Positions 11,100-21,192 are shown, counted from the first letter of the stretch. The stretch: DNA of 64,000 nt from an uncultured Actinomycetota bacterium (GCA_963845215.1 CAWJRK010000016.1:74609-138608); one strand, 5' to 3'. Notes: generated by a model from the sequence alone, not told the origin. Program-made: numbers and translations.

Positions 11100-11893
11100 A
11101 TGGGTAGCGAAGTGCCGAACGCGACCAGCACCGCCGCCAGCGGGACGCAGGCGGTCGACCGCGCCGCGCTGCTGGTGTCGACGGTCGTGCACGCCGACGA
11201 GCCGCTGACCTTCGCGGACCTCCAGGAGACCTCGGGCCTGGCCAAGTCGACGACCTCGCGGATGCTGACCGCCCTGGAGCGCACCGAGCTGCTCGAGCGC
11301 AACGAGGCCGGGTCCTACGTCGCGGGCCCGCTCTTCTGGCTCTACGCCACGCGGCACGACCCGTGGGACGAGCTGGTCCGCCTCGCGCACCCGACGCTCG
11401 AGGACGTCGGCGCCGCCACCGGGCGAGACCGTGAACCTCTCGGTGGCCCGGGGCGACCGCGTCGTCCAGGTCGCCCAGGTCGACTCGACGTACCTGCTCG
11501 GCACCCGCGACTGGACCGAGGTCGACGTGCCGGCGCACACCTCGGCGCTCGGCAAGGTGCTGCTCGCCTACGGCGTGATCGGCCTGCCCGGCCGGTGAGC
11601 TCGAGCGGCTGACCCCCCACACCGTCACCGACCGCGAGCTGCTGACCCAGCAGTTCGCCCAGGTCGCGCGCCGCGGCTACGCCAGCACCGTCGACGAGCT
11701 CGAGATCGGGCTCACCGGTCTCGGGGTGGCCGTCCGCGGAAGCCAGGGCGAGGTGATCGCGGCACTGGGCGTCTCGGGTCCCAGCCCGCGGCTGGAGGAC
11801 CGGCACGACGAGCTCGGCCGGCTGTTGAACGAACGTGCGGAGCAGCTGTCCCGGCTGCTTCGTCGCCGAACCCGCAAGGAGGGCGTGGCATGA
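11100..11893 (+). CDS. IclR family regulator (frameshifts near 11425 and 11590)
   Basis: GTQAVDRAALL HTH; later frames give HTSALGK and GYASTVDELEIG; stop overlaps the next ATG. Confidence 0.85.
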
Positions 11894-12555
11894 CACCCGA
11901 GGAAATCCTGCAAGGCCTCTACGACGAGACCCTGGTGGGCAACGCCCCCCGCGTGCTCGAGCTGACCAACGAGGGGCTCGGCAACGGCATGGAGCCGCAG
12001 ACCATGCTCTTCGACGCCCTCATCCCCTCGCTGGAGGAGGTCGGCGCCCGCTTCGAGCGCGGCGACTTCTTCGTGCCCGAGATGCTGATCGCCGGCCGCG
12101 CCATGGCCGGGGCGATGGAGGTGCTGCGGCCGCTGCTCGCGGAGACCGGCGTCGAGACCATCGGCAAGTTCCTGATGGGCACGGTCAAGGGCGACGTGCA
12201 CGACATCGGCAAGAACCTCGTCAACATCATGCTCGAGGGAGCCGGCTTCGAGGTGATCGACCTCGGCGTGCAGGTGGCGCCGGAGAAGTTCGTCTCGGCC
12301 ATCGAGGAGCACCAGCCCGACATCGTCGGCTTCTCGGCGTTCCTCACCACCACGATGCCGATGTTCAAGGCCAACATGAACGCCCTCGAGAAGGCCGGCA
12401 TCCGCAACAGCGTGATCGTGATGGTCGGCGGCGCCCCCGTCACCCAGGAGTACGCCGACGCGGTCGGCGCCGACGGCTACGCGGCCGACGCCTCGCAGAC
12501 GGTCAAGCGGGCCAAGGCCCTGCTCCACGAGAAGCGTGCGAAGGTCCCCGCCTGA
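11890..12555 (+). CDS. Corrinoid (B12-binding) protein, MtgC/MttC-like
   Basis: FFVPEMLIAG cap; GTVKGDVHDIGKNLV; SAFLTTT; VMVGGAPV. Confidence 0.95.
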   Translation: MTPEEILQGLYDETLVGNAPRVLELTNEGLGNGMEPQTMLFDALIPSLEEVGARFERGDFFVPEMLIAGRAMAGAMEVLRPLLAETGVETIGKFLMGTVKGDVHDIGKNLVNIMLEGAGFEVIDLGVQVAPEKFVSAIEEHQPDIVGFSAFLTTTMPMFKANMNALEKAGIRNSVIVMVGGAPVTQEYADAVGADGYAADASQTVKRAKALLHEKRAKVPA

Positions 12556-13451
12556 TGGCTGCCCAGGAAAAGGCACAGCGACTCGAGACGATCCTCCGCT
12601 CCGCCACCCAGCAGGTCGTGATCGGCCACGACACCCGCTTCTGCCTGATCGGCGAGCGGATCAACCCGACCGGCCGCCGCATCTTCCAGGAGCAGCTGCG
12701 AGCCGGTGACCTCTCCGCGATCGAGCGCGACGTGAAGGCGCAGGTCGAGGGCGGCGCCGACGTGCTCGACATCAACATGGGCGTGCCGCTCACCGACGAG
12801 GCCGAGCTGCTCGCCAAGGCGATCATCATGGTCCAGCAGCTCAGCGACAAGCCGATCTGCATCGACTCCTCCGTCGTCGAGGCACTCGAGGCCGGGCTGT
12901 CGGTCTACCAGGGCCGGGCCCTGGTCAACTCGATCACCGCCGAGGACGAGCGGATGGAGCAGATCCTCCCGCTCGTGAAGAAGTACGACGCCGCGATCAT
13001 CGCGCTGCCCAACGACTCCGACGAGATCCCGATGGAGGTCGAGAAGCGGATCGTGCTGACCCGCAAGATCATCGAGGTCGCCACGACGGAGTACGGCATC
13101 GCCGCCGCCGACATCGTGATCGACCCGCTGGCCATGCCGATCGGCGCCGACCAGGAGGTCGTCAACACCACGCTGGAGACGATGCGTCGGATCCGCGACG
13201 AGTTCGGCGTCAACATGACCTGCGGCGCCTCCAACGTCTCCTTCGGCATGCCGTCGCGCCACGCGCTCGGCGCCGCGTTCCTGCCGATGGCGATGACCGC
13301 CGGGCTCACCTCGGCGATCATGGACACCCGCACCCCCGAGATCGTCGAGGCAGTCAAGGCCGCCGACCTGCTGCTCGGCCACGACGAGTGGGGCGGCTCC
13401 TGGATCGCCGCCCACCGGGCGCGACTGGCCCGCGAAGCCGCGTCCGCGTGA
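12555..13451 (+). CDS. Pterin-binding methylcorrinoid:tetrahydrofolate methyltransferase
   Basis: IGERINPTG, LDINMG, ICIDSS, LVNSIT, IDPL, GASNVSFG (MetH pterin domain/AcsE fold). Confidence 0.9.
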   Translation: MAAQEKAQRLETILRSATQQVVIGHDTRFCLIGERINPTGRRIFQEQLRAGDLSAIERDVKAQVEGGADVLDINMGVPLTDEAELLAKAIIMVQQLSDKPICIDSSVVEALEAGLSVYQGRALVNSITAEDERMEQILPLVKKYDAAIIALPNDSDEIPMEVEKRIVLTRKIIEVATTEYGIAAADIVIDPLAMPIGADQEVVNTTLETMRRIRDEFGVNMTCGASNVSFGMPSRHALGAAFLPMAMTAGLTSAIMDTRTPEIVEAVKAADLLLGHDEWGGSWIAAHRARLAREAASA

Positions 13452-13461
13452 CGGGAGCCGC

Positions 13462-15459
13462 ATGACTGACGGCGAGACCGACGGCCCGGAGATCACCCTC
13501 GCCGACCTGCCCGACATGGGCCGCGAGGGTCTGCTCGCGCCGTCCGGCACCGAGCAGGCCGCACACGACGGCACCGGCCGAGTCGACCTCGCGTTCACCG
13601 TGCACTCGACGCCCGACGCGACGTCCGGAGCCGCCGTGCCGCCGACCGAGCGCGGCGTCCGCGTGCCGCCGGGCGTGACCGTCTTCGACTCCGCGTCGTG
13701 GAACGGCATCGCGATCGACTCCACCTGCGGCGGCCACGGCACCTGCCACAAGTGCAAGGTGCGCGTCGAGGGCGGCGACATACCTGTCACCCGGCACGAC
13801 GCGCGCACCTTCAGCCCCGACCAGCTCGACGACGGCTGGCGACTCGCGTGCCTGGTGCAGGCGACCCGCGACCTCAAGGTCGAGGTGCCACCGCTGACCA
13901 CCCGGCCCAAGGCGGCCACCGTCGGCGTCGGGCGCCAGGTGATCCTGCGACCTGCCCTCCAGAAGCGCTACGTCGAGCTCGCGGAGGCGACCCTCGCCGA
14001 CCAGCGCACCGACCTGGTGCGGCTCACGGAGGCCATCGACGACCTCGAGCTGACCGCCGACCTGCATGTCCTACGCCGGCTCGCGGTCGTGCTGCGCGAG
14101 GCCGACTTCAAGGTCACCGCGGTCATCGTCGACGAGGCATTGATCGACGTCGAGCCCGGCGACACCACCGAGGCACGCTTCGCGATCGCCTTCGACCTCG
14201 GCACCACCACGGTCGTCGCCACGCTGCTCGACGTCGGCACCGGCACGCCACTCGCGGTCACCTCGATGCTCAACAAGCAGCAGCCCTTCGGCGGCGACGT
14301 GATCACCCGCATCAGCGCCACCATGATGGACAAGGACACGCTCGGTCGGCTGCAGGACGCTGCCGGCGCGACCCTGGCCGAGCTCGCCGGCCAGGTGTGC
14401 CGGGAGGCCGGGGTCGACCCGGCCACCGTCTACGAGGTCGCGATCGCCGGCAACGCGACGATGACCGCCCTGGCCCTCGGCATCGACCCCGAACCTCTGG
14501 GGGTCGCGCCCTTCGTGATGTCGTCGGCGCAGCCGCCGTCCGTGCTCGCGAGCGAGGTCGGGCTGTCGCTGCACCCGCGCGCGCGGGCCTTCTTCTTCCC
14601 TGCCCTCGGTGCGTACGTCGGCGGCGACATCGTCGCTGGCATGCTCGCCAGCGGCATGGACCGCGACAAGCGCACCCGGCTCTTCATCGACGTCGGCACC
14701 AACTGCGAGATCGTGCTCAGCGACGGCGACACCATCCTGTCCACCGCGGCGCCGGCCGGACCGGCGTTCGAGGGCGGCGCGATCCGCTGCGGCATGCGCG
14801 CCGCCGACGGCGCGATCGAGGTGATCCAGCTCGACGCCAACGCGACCGGCGACGAGCCCGCGGTCACCCTCGGCGTGATCGGCGACGTCGAGCCGCGCGG
14901 CCTGTGCGGCTCCGGCCTGGTCGATGCCGTCGCCGAGCTGGTCAAGGTCGGGCTGCTCGACTCCACCGGCCGGCTGATCCCCGACGAGGACGCCAAGACG
15001 ACCGCACCAGCGCTGGCCGACCGGATGGCGAAGATCGGCGAGGAGCGCGTCTTCATCCTGCACCGGCCCGCGCCCGACACGGAGCCGGCCGAGTGCGTCT
15101 ACCTCTCGCAGCGCGACGTCCGCGAGCTGCAGTTCGCCAAGGCCGCGATCTCGACCGGCTGGACGTTGCTGCTCGAGCAGCTGAACCTCGAGCACCGCGA
15201 CGTGCAGCAGGTGCTGCTCGCCGGTTCCTTCGGCAGCTACCTCTCCCCCGCCTCCGCCATCCGGATCGGCCTGGTGCCGCAGATCCCGGTGATGCGGATC
15301 GTGGCTGCCGGCAACGTGGCCGGCGAGGGCGCCAAGATGGCCCTGCTGTCGGTGCGGGAGCGCGCCGGCGCCACCGCGCTGCTGGAGGAGGTGGCCTATG
15401 TCGAGCTCTCCGACCGCCCCGACTTCAACGACAAGTTCGTCGAGCAGCTCAGCTTCTGA
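13462..15459 (+). CDS. ASKHA-type ATP-dependent corrinoid reductive activator (RamA/RACo) with N-terminal 2Fe-2S domain
   Basis: CGGHGTCHKC..RLAC, FDLGTTT, IDVGTNCE, AGPAFEG, GLCGSG, LAGSFG. Confidence 0.92.
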   Translation: MTDGETDGPEITLADLPDMGREGLLAPSGTEQAAHDGTGRVDLAFTVHSTPDATSGAAVPPTERGVRVPPGVTVFDSASWNGIAIDSTCGGHGTCHKCKVRVEGGDIPVTRHDARTFSPDQLDDGWRLACLVQATRDLKVEVPPLTTRPKAATVGVGRQVILRPALQKRYVELAEATLADQRTDLVRLTEAIDDLELTADLHVLRRLAVVLREADFKVTAVIVDEALIDVEPGDTTEARFAIAFDLGTTTVVATLLDVGTGTPLAVTSMLNKQQPFGGDVITRISATMMDKDTLGRLQDAAGATLAELAGQVCREAGVDPATVYEVAIAGNATMTALALGIDPEPLGVAPFVMSSAQPPSVLASEVGLSLHPRARAFFFPALGAYVGGDIVAGMLASGMDRDKRTRLFIDVGTNCEIVLSDGDTILSTAAPAGPAFEGGAIRCGMRAADGAIEVIQLDANATGDEPAVTLGVIGDVEPRGLCGSGLVDAVAELVKVGLLDSTGRLIPDEDAKTTAPALADRMAKIGEERVFILHRPAPDTEPAECVYLSQRDVRELQFAKAAISTGWTLLLEQLNLEHRDVQQVLLAGSFGSYLSPASAIRIGLVPQIPVMRIVAAGNVAGEGAKMALLSVRERAGATALLEEVAYVELSDRPDFNDKFVEQLSF

Positions 15460-16051
15460 CCGGCCCTCGACCCGCACAGCTCTCATCGCCTGCGGCGCCT
15501 GGTCGCAGCCCGCTGCGGAGATCGCGGACCGACGCGGCTGGCCCGTCGACGTACACCCGCTGCCGCCGCTGCTGCACAACCAACCGCAGCTGATCGCCGG
15601 CGAGGTCCGCGAGCTGGCCGAGCGGCTGCTCGCCGCGGGCCACCGGGTGGCCGTCGGCTACGCCGACTGCGGCACCTACGGTGCGCTCGACGACGTCTGC
15701 CGCGACCTCGGCATCGAGCGGTTGCCCGGCCTCCACTGCTACGACGTGTACGCCGGCCCCGACCGACTCGCGTCCTTCTTCGAGGAGCAGCCCGGCACCT
15801 ACGTGCTCACGGACTTCCTGGCCCGGTCGTTCGCGCGCACGGTGATCCGCGAGCTCGGCCTGGATCGTTTCCCCGAGCTCCGCGACGACTACTTCCGCAC
15901 CTACACGCGGGTGGTGTGGCTGGCCCAGCGTCCCGACGACGAGCTGCGCGCGCTAGCCCAACAGGCTGCCGACGCCATCGGCCTTCCGCTCACCGTGGTC
16001 GACACCGGCAACGCCGGGCTGGAGCGAGCGCTGGAGGCCTTGGTCGGGTAG
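15398..16051 (+). CDS. DUF1638-like protein associated with corrinoid activators
   Basis: IACGA, LPPLLHN, GYADCGT, HCYD, GTYVLTDF. Start uncertain. Confidence 0.75.
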   Translation: MSSSPTAPTSTTSSSSSSASDRPSTRTALIACGAWSQPAAEIADRRGWPVDVHPLPPLLHNQPQLIAGEVRELAERLLAAGHRVAVGYADCGTYGALDDVCRDLGIERLPGLHCYDVYAGPDRLASFFEEQPGTYVLTDFLARSFARTVIRELGLDRFPELRDDYFRTYTRVVWLAQRPDDELRALAQQAADAIGLPLTVVDTGNAGLERALEALVG

Positions 16052-16066
16052 CCGTTTCGCGACAGA

Positions 16067-16169
16067 GGTCTCGATACGCCCTCGCCTAGCGGCTCGGGCT
16101 ACTCGACCAACGAACCTGATCGCTGGTCGAGTAGCGGGAGCGAGGAACGAGCGACCGCGTATCGAGACC
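16067..16169. repeat. REP-like palindromic element (two inverted units)
   Basis: GGTCTCGATACG..GCTACTCGACCA and TGGTCGAGTAGC..CGTATCGAGACC between convergent genes. Confidence 0.8.
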
Positions 16170-16170
16170 C

Positions 16171-17013
16171 TCAACCCTCGAGCCGGCGCAACCAGTCCTG
16201 GCGCCAGGCCTCGGTCTCGGCGACCTGGTTGAACGTGTAGACGTGCAGGCCGGGCACGTTGGCCTCGGGGTCACCCAGGGTCGGCGCGCACTTGGTCAGG
16301 AACGACTCGCCCGTGAAGCCGCCGGGAGCGACCAGCCGCGTCATCAGGCCCTTCTGCTTCGACAGGAAGCGGGTGGAGTCGCCGACGCCGATCTTGGTGG
16401 CCATGCCGAGCAGCTTGGCCCGGTCGACCGGGCCGGGCAGGCCCACCAGCAGCGGCAGGTCGATGCCACGCAGCCGCATCCGGTGCAGCCAGTCCTTGAC
16501 CACGGCGGGGTCGAAGGTGAGGTTGCTGACGACGTACGTCGCGTGCTTGCGCTTGTCCCACATCGACTGGACCGTCAGGTCGTCGTGGATCGTCGGGTGA
16601 CTCTCGGGATAGCCGGCGACGCCGACGTCGGCGAACGGACTGCCGAGCGAGGTCAGGTCCTCGAGCATCGTCAGTGCGTCCTTGTAGTCGCCGACCGGGT
16701 CGGCGTCGCCGCCTGGCACGAACACGTTGGTGATGCCGGCAGCCTGCAGCCGGTCGACGAGCTCGGCCAGCTCGGAGCGGCCGCTGACCATGCGCGCCGC
16801 CAGATGCGGCACCACGCTGTAGCCCTGGGTCGTGAGCCGCTCGGCCATCTCGATGGTGCGGTCCAGGCCCATCGACGGTGACGCGGTGACCGTGAGCCGA
16901 ACCGTGGTCGGCACCGCGTCGAGCACCTTGGCCTCGACGCTCGCCGTGGGCAGCACCTCGTAGCGGGCATGGGTGAGCAGGCGACTGATGGTGTCCCGGT
17001 CTTTGTTGCGCAT
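16171..17013 (-). CDS. metF: Methylenetetrahydrofolate reductase
   Basis: PHLAARMV, FVPGGD, VAGYPESHP, LHVYTFNQ. Confidence 0.85.
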   Translation of the reverse strand: MRNKDRDTISRLLTHARYEVLPTASVEAKVLDAVPTTVRLTVTASPSMGLDRTIEMAERLTTQGYSVVPHLAARMVSGRSELAELVDRLQAAGITNVFVPGGDADPVGDYKDALTMLEDLTSLGSPFADVGVAGYPESHPTIHDDLTVQSMWDKRKHATYVVSNLTFDPAVVKDWLHRMRLRGIDLPLLVGLPGPVDRAKLLGMATKIGVGDSTRFLSKQKGLMTRLVAPGGFTGESFLTKCAPTLGDPEANVPGLHVYTFNQVAETEAWRQDWLRRLEG

Positions 17014-17040
17014 AGTGCAACCCAATTCGTGATACGCGAC
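17005..17040. promoter_or_regulatory. Operator copies overlapping the metF start
   Basis: GTTGCGCATAGTGCAAC plus weaker AATTCGTGATACGCGAC. Confidence 0.65.
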
Positions 17041-17109
17041 GAGTGACCTCACTCTACTGCGACATGTCGCCCCGCGACAGATCTCCGGCCAAGGTGAAAG
17101 ACTCGTCGG

Positions 17110-17445
17110 ATGACGACAGACGAAGAGACCCCGCCGGCCGCCGTGCTCCGCATGGTGGAGGCGACCAACGCAGGTGACAGCGCGGCATTCGTGGCGGCGT
17201 TCGCCGACGACGCCTACCTCGAGGACTGGGGCCGCGGTTTCCAGGGGCACGAGGGCATCGCCAGCTGGGACCAGTCGGACAACATCGGCCAGCAGTCGCA
17301 CTTCGAGGTCAGGTCAGTGCGCAGCGAGGGCGACGGCTACGTCGTGACCCTCGCGGTCAGCGGCGGCGGCTTCAACGGCGTCAGCGACTTCTACTTCGAG
17401 GTCGACGGCGACGTGATCCGCTCGATGATCATCCGGGCCGACTGA
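17110..17445 (+). CDS. SnoaL/NTF2-like protein
   Basis: ATNAGDSAAFVAAFADDA..WGRGFQG, 111 aa. Confidence 0.75.
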   Translation: MTTDEETPPAAVLRMVEATNAGDSAAFVAAFADDAYLEDWGRGFQGHEGIASWDQSDNIGQQSHFEVRSVRSEGDGYVVTLAVSGGGFNGVSDFYFEVDGDVIRSMIIRAD

Positions 17446-17453
17446 GGCAGTCC

Positions 17454-17804
17454 GTGCCCACGCAGATCGCCGACTTCCTCGAGCTGGTCTCCCAGCTGCC
17501 CGACGTGACCCGCACCGACCACTCCCGCTACTCCAAGTTCGAGGTCGGCTCACGCACGTTCGGCTACCTCTGGGAGCCCACCTGCACCGTCGGCCTGAAG
17601 CAGACCATCGCCGAGCAGCTGGCCCTGGTCGCCGAACGGCCGGAGGTCTTCGAGGTGCAGTTCACGGCGTACGGCTTCGGCTGGGTGGTCGTCTACCTCG
17701 ACGGCCTCGAGCGCGACGAGCTGGCCGAGCTGACCTTCGAGGCCTGGCGGCTCTCGGCGCCCGCTGCCCTCGTCGACGAGCGCGCCGACCGCCTGCCGAG
17801 GTAG
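17454..17804 (+). CDS. MmcQ/YjbR family protein
   Basis: FEVGSRTFG, GWVVVYL, ELAELTFEAWR. Confidence 0.7.
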   Translation: MPTQIADFLELVSQLPDVTRTDHSRYSKFEVGSRTFGYLWEPTCTVGLKQTIAEQLALVAERPEVFEVQFTAYGFGWVVVYLDGLERDELAELTFEAWRLSAPAALVDERADRLPR

Positions 17805-17890
17805 TCCTACAGCGCACGACCATCCACACCCTGGCCCCCACGACCTCGACCCGCTCCCGGGCCGGGGACAGTCGGTGCGACGCGTTGGAC

Positions 17891-18637
17891 TCAGTCCTGG
17901 GCAGCCAGTCTCGGCGCCATCGCGTCCAGCTGCCAGGTGGTCCACCGCTCGAGGCGCGTCGCGTCCTCGTCGGTGAGCCGGTCGCAGGCGAAGCCCCAGT
18001 GCACGGCCACGGTGTCACCCGGTGCGATCTCGTCGACGAAGCTCCCGCCGTCGACGCGGTAGTCGATCCACTCCTCGCGGTCCGCACCCAGGGAAAGCAT
18101 CCGATCGTCGTACTCCAGGTGCCGCATGCTCACCAGGAGCCGCTCCGGCTCCACCTGGACCACCCCGGCCCAACCGATGCGGCAGGAGTCGAGCACCTGC
18201 AGCGGCTCCGGCAGGCCGGTGCCGAGCAGCCGCGACCAGGGGTAGACGCCGAGGACGTGGAATCCGTGGGTCGGTGCGGCCTCCGCGAGCAGGTCGTCGG
18301 TGAGGTGGTCCCAGTACTGCCCGGCCTGCGGCCTGATCCGGTCGAGCAACGCCGCGCCGAACGCCGCGTTGCCCACCTGCTCGGTGAGCTCGTTGCCGGT
18401 CCAGTAGCCGCGCACGACCCGCTCGTCGAGCGGGTCCTCGATGCGGGCGAGCTCGGCCAGCACCTGCTGGTAGGGCCAGGCGCCGGAGAACCCACGGGCG
18501 AGCGCCAGTACGTCGACGTCCGCGGCAGCACCGGACGCGACCGCGCGCAGACCTGCCGCAGCCGCCGGCCCGCAGTAGCCCAGTGCGTTGGGGGCGTGCG
18601 CGTACTTCGCAAACAGCCGGTGCCCGGCCGGCACCAT
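17891..18637 (-). CDS. Hydrogenase-cluster protein (DUF6390-like, C-terminal HypC-like VAVHWG)
   Basis: FAKYAHAPNALGYCGP, PTHGFHV, LDSCRI, GDTVAVHWGFAC. Confidence 0.7.
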   Translation of the reverse strand: MVPAGHRLFAKYAHAPNALGYCGPAAAAGLRAVASGAAADVDVLALARGFSGAWPYQQVLAELARIEDPLDERVVRGYWTGNELTEQVGNAAFGAALLDRIRPQAGQYWDHLTDDLLAEAAPTHGFHVLGVYPWSRLLGTGLPEPLQVLDSCRIGWAGVVQVEPERLLVSMRHLEYDDRMLSLGADREEWIDYRVDGGSFVDEIAPGDTVAVHWGFACDRLTDEDATRLERWTTWQLDAMAPRLAAQD

Positions 18638-19770
18638 CACGCCCCCGCGGTCTGGCCCACCATCTCGGCGGCCTCGCGGTGCATCCGCCCGAAGTTGTAG
18701 TACGCCGCACAGGCGCCCTCGGGCGACACCATGCAGGTGCCGATCGGTGTCTCGGGCGTGCAGGCGGTGCCGAAGACCTTGCACTCCCAGGGCTTGATCA
18801 CGCCCTTGAGCACCTCGCCGCACTGGCAGGCCTTCGGGTCGGCGACGCGGATGCCCGGCATCGAGAATCTTTCCTCGGCGTCGTACGCGGCATAGCCGTC
18901 GTTGATCTTCAGCGCGCTCTGGGAGATGAAGCCCAGCCCGCGCCACTCGAAGTGGGGGCGCAGCTCCATGGTCTCGCCGAGCAGCTTCAGGGCGGCCACG
19001 TTGCCCTCCTCACGGACCACCCGGCCGTACTGGTTCTCGACCTCACACCGGCCGTCCCGGATCTGCTGCAGCAGCATGTGCACCGTGGCCAGGATGTCCA
19101 GCGGCTCGAACCCGGCCACCACCAGCGGCTTGCCGTAGACCTCAGGCACGAACCGGTAGGGGCGGGTGCCGACCACCGTGGACACGTGACCCGGGCCGAG
19201 GAAGCCGTTGAGTCGCAGGTCCGGAGACTCCAGGATCGCCTTGATGGGCGGCACGATCGTGACGTGGTTGCAGAACACCGAGAAGTTCTCGACGCCCAGC
19301 TGCTTGGCCCGCACGAGAGTGACCGCGGTCGACGGTGCGGTCGTCTCGAACCCGACGGCGAAGAACACGACGTGCTTCTCCGGGTTGTCGACCGCGACCT
19401 TGAGTGCGTCGAGGGGTGAGTAGACGAAACGTACGTCGGCACCGCGAGCCTTCGCGTCGAGCAGGCTGCCCTTCGAGCCGGGCACCCGCATCATGTCGCC
19501 GAAGGTGGTGAAGATGACTCCGGGCTGTTCGGCGAGCCACATGGCGTCGTCGACGCGACCCATCGGGATCACGCAGACCGGACAGCCGGGGCCGTGCACC
19601 AGCTCTATCCCTGGCGGCAGGATGTGCTCCAGCCCGTGCCGGTAGATCGTGTGCGTGTGCCCCCCGCAGACCTCCATGAACTTGAACTCGTCGTCCCCGG
19701 TGAGCTTGGTGATCGACTTGACCAGGGCGCGGGCGGCAGCCGGGTCGCGGAACTCGTCAACGAACTTCAT
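18637..19770 (-). CDS. hypD: Hydrogenase maturation protein HypD
   Basis: MEVCGGHTH, GPGCPVC, GFETT, PGHVS, CMVSPEGAC. Confidence 0.97.
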   Translation of the reverse strand: MKFVDEFRDPAAARALVKSITKLTGDDEFKFMEVCGGHTHTIYRHGLEHILPPGIELVHGPGCPVCVIPMGRVDDAMWLAEQPGVIFTTFGDMMRVPGSKGSLLDAKARGADVRFVYSPLDALKVAVDNPEKHVVFFAVGFETTAPSTAVTLVRAKQLGVENFSVFCNHVTIVPPIKAILESPDLRLNGFLGPGHVSTVVGTRPYRFVPEVYGKPLVVAGFEPLDILATVHMLLQQIRDGRCEVENQYGRVVREEGNVAALKLLGETMELRPHFEWRGLGFISQSALKINDGYAAYDAEERFSMPGIRVADPKACQCGEVLKGVIKPWECKVFGTACTPETPIGTCMVSPEGACAAYYNFGRMHREAAEMVGQTAGA

Positions 19771-19803
19771 CGTGGTACCTCGTCATCGGTGTCGGCATGG
19801 TGG

Positions 19804-20076
19804 TCAGGCGATCTGTGAGGAGTTGAAGGCGTCGATCTCGTTGATGTAGTCCTCACCCATCTTCTGGACCTGGTCGAGCGTCAGCTGGGCCTCGAGCTCG
19901 TCGATCTTGGCCATCGCGAAGCCCACGTGCACGAGCACCCAGTCACCGACCAGGAGTCCTTGCTCGGCGAGCAGCCGCACGCTGATCACGCGTTGTACGC
20001 CGTTGACGGCGACCCTCGCGAGGTGTTGTTCGGGGTCGGTGATCTCGACGACCTGACCCGGTATTCCTAGGCACAT
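19804..20076 (-). CDS. hypC: HypC chaperone
   Basis: MCLGIPG, WVLVHVGFA. Confidence 0.95.
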   Translation of the reverse strand: MCLGIPGQVVEITDPEQHLARVAVNGVQRVISVRLLAEQGLLVGDWVLVHVGFAMAKIDELEAQLTLDQVQKMGEDYINEIDAFNSSQIA

Positions 20077-20091
20077 GGGCGTTCCCTTCCT

Positions 20092-21192
20092 TCAGCAGAT
20101 CCTGGGCAGCGGGTCGCCCACGAGCATGTCGACGATCCGGCTGCCGCCGAAAGGAGTGCGCAGCGCGACCATCCCGGCCGGCGTCTCGACCACCTGGCCG
20201 ATGGTGGTGGCCCGGCTGCCGAGCGGATGTGAGTGCAGCGCCTCGACTGCCGCGTCGGCTTCGTCCGCGGGGACCACGGCGACGAACTTCCCTTCGTTCG
20301 CTACGTAGATCGGGTCGATGCCGAGCATGTCGCAGGCGCCGAGAACCTGCGGCTGCACCGGCAGCGACTCCTCGTCGAGGATGACCCCGATCCCGGCGGT
20401 CTGGGCCAGCTCGTTGCACACGGTGCCGAGGCCACCTCTGGTTGCGTCGCGCATCCACCGGGTGCCGGGGGCCGCGGCCAGCAGCGCCTCCACCATCTCG
20501 GAGATCGGTGCGGTGTCGGAGACGATGTCGTCGGCCTCGATGGCCAGGTCACCGCGAGCGAGCATGACCGCCATGCCGTGGTCGCCCAGCGTCCCGGACA
20601 GCACCAGGCGGTCGCCCGGTCGGACCAGGTGGGCGCCCAGCTCACGGCCGGACGGGATCACCCCGACCCCGGAGGTGGAGATGTACAGCCCGTCTGCGGC
20701 CCCCTGGGAGACCACCTTGGTGTCACCGGTGACGATCTGCACTCCGGCGGCGTCGGCGGCCTCCTTCATGTCGGCCACGATCGACCTCAGGCGCGAGATG
20801 GCGAAGCCCTCCTCGATCACGAACGCGGCGGAGAGCCACTGCGGCACGGCACCGCTCACCGCGAGGTCGTTCACCGTGCCGTGCACCGCGAGATGACCGA
20901 TGGTCCCGCCCGGAAACTCGATGGGTTGCACCACGAACGAGTCGGTGGAGAACGCGAGCCGCTCCTGCGAGGGCAGGGTGAGCACCGCTCCGTCACCGAG
21001 CTGCTCGAGCTCTGTGTTGCGGAAGGCCTCGAGGAACACGTTGTCGGTCAAGGCCGCCGAGGACTTACCACCAGCCCCGTGCGCCAGCGTGATCACCTCG
21101 TCGATCAGCCTGGGCCGGCGCTTTCGGAACTCCTCGATCTTGAGCAGCATCCGGTTCTCGCGGTCCACGTGGGTCGTGGTCTCGGTCGTCAT
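20092..21192 (-). CDS. hypE: HypE
   Basis: TLAHGAGG, STDSFVV, GTVNDL, MRDATRGG, C-terminal LPRIC. Confidence 0.95.
   Translation of the reverse strand: MTTETTTHVDRENRMLLKIEEFRKRRPRLIDEVITLAHGAGGKSSAALTDNVFLEAFRNTELEQLGDGAVLTLPSQERLAFSTDSFVVQPIEFPGGTIGHLAVHGTVNDLAVSGAVPQWLSAAFVIEEGFAISRLRSIVADMKEAADAAGVQIVTGDTKVVSQGAADGLYISTSGVGVIPSGRELGAHLVRPGDRLVLSGTLGDHGMAVMLARGDLAIEADDIVSDTAPISEMVEALLAAAPGTRWMRDATRGGLGTVCNELAQTAGIGVILDEESLPVQPQVLGACDMLGIDPIYVANEGKFVAVVPADEADAAVEALHSHPLGSRATTIGQVVETPAGMVALRTPFGGSRIVDMLVGDPLPRIC

Noticed and set aside
10979-11890. Cobalamin riboswitch near the corrinoid genes
   Set aside because: Intergenic space is too short and no B12 box was seen.
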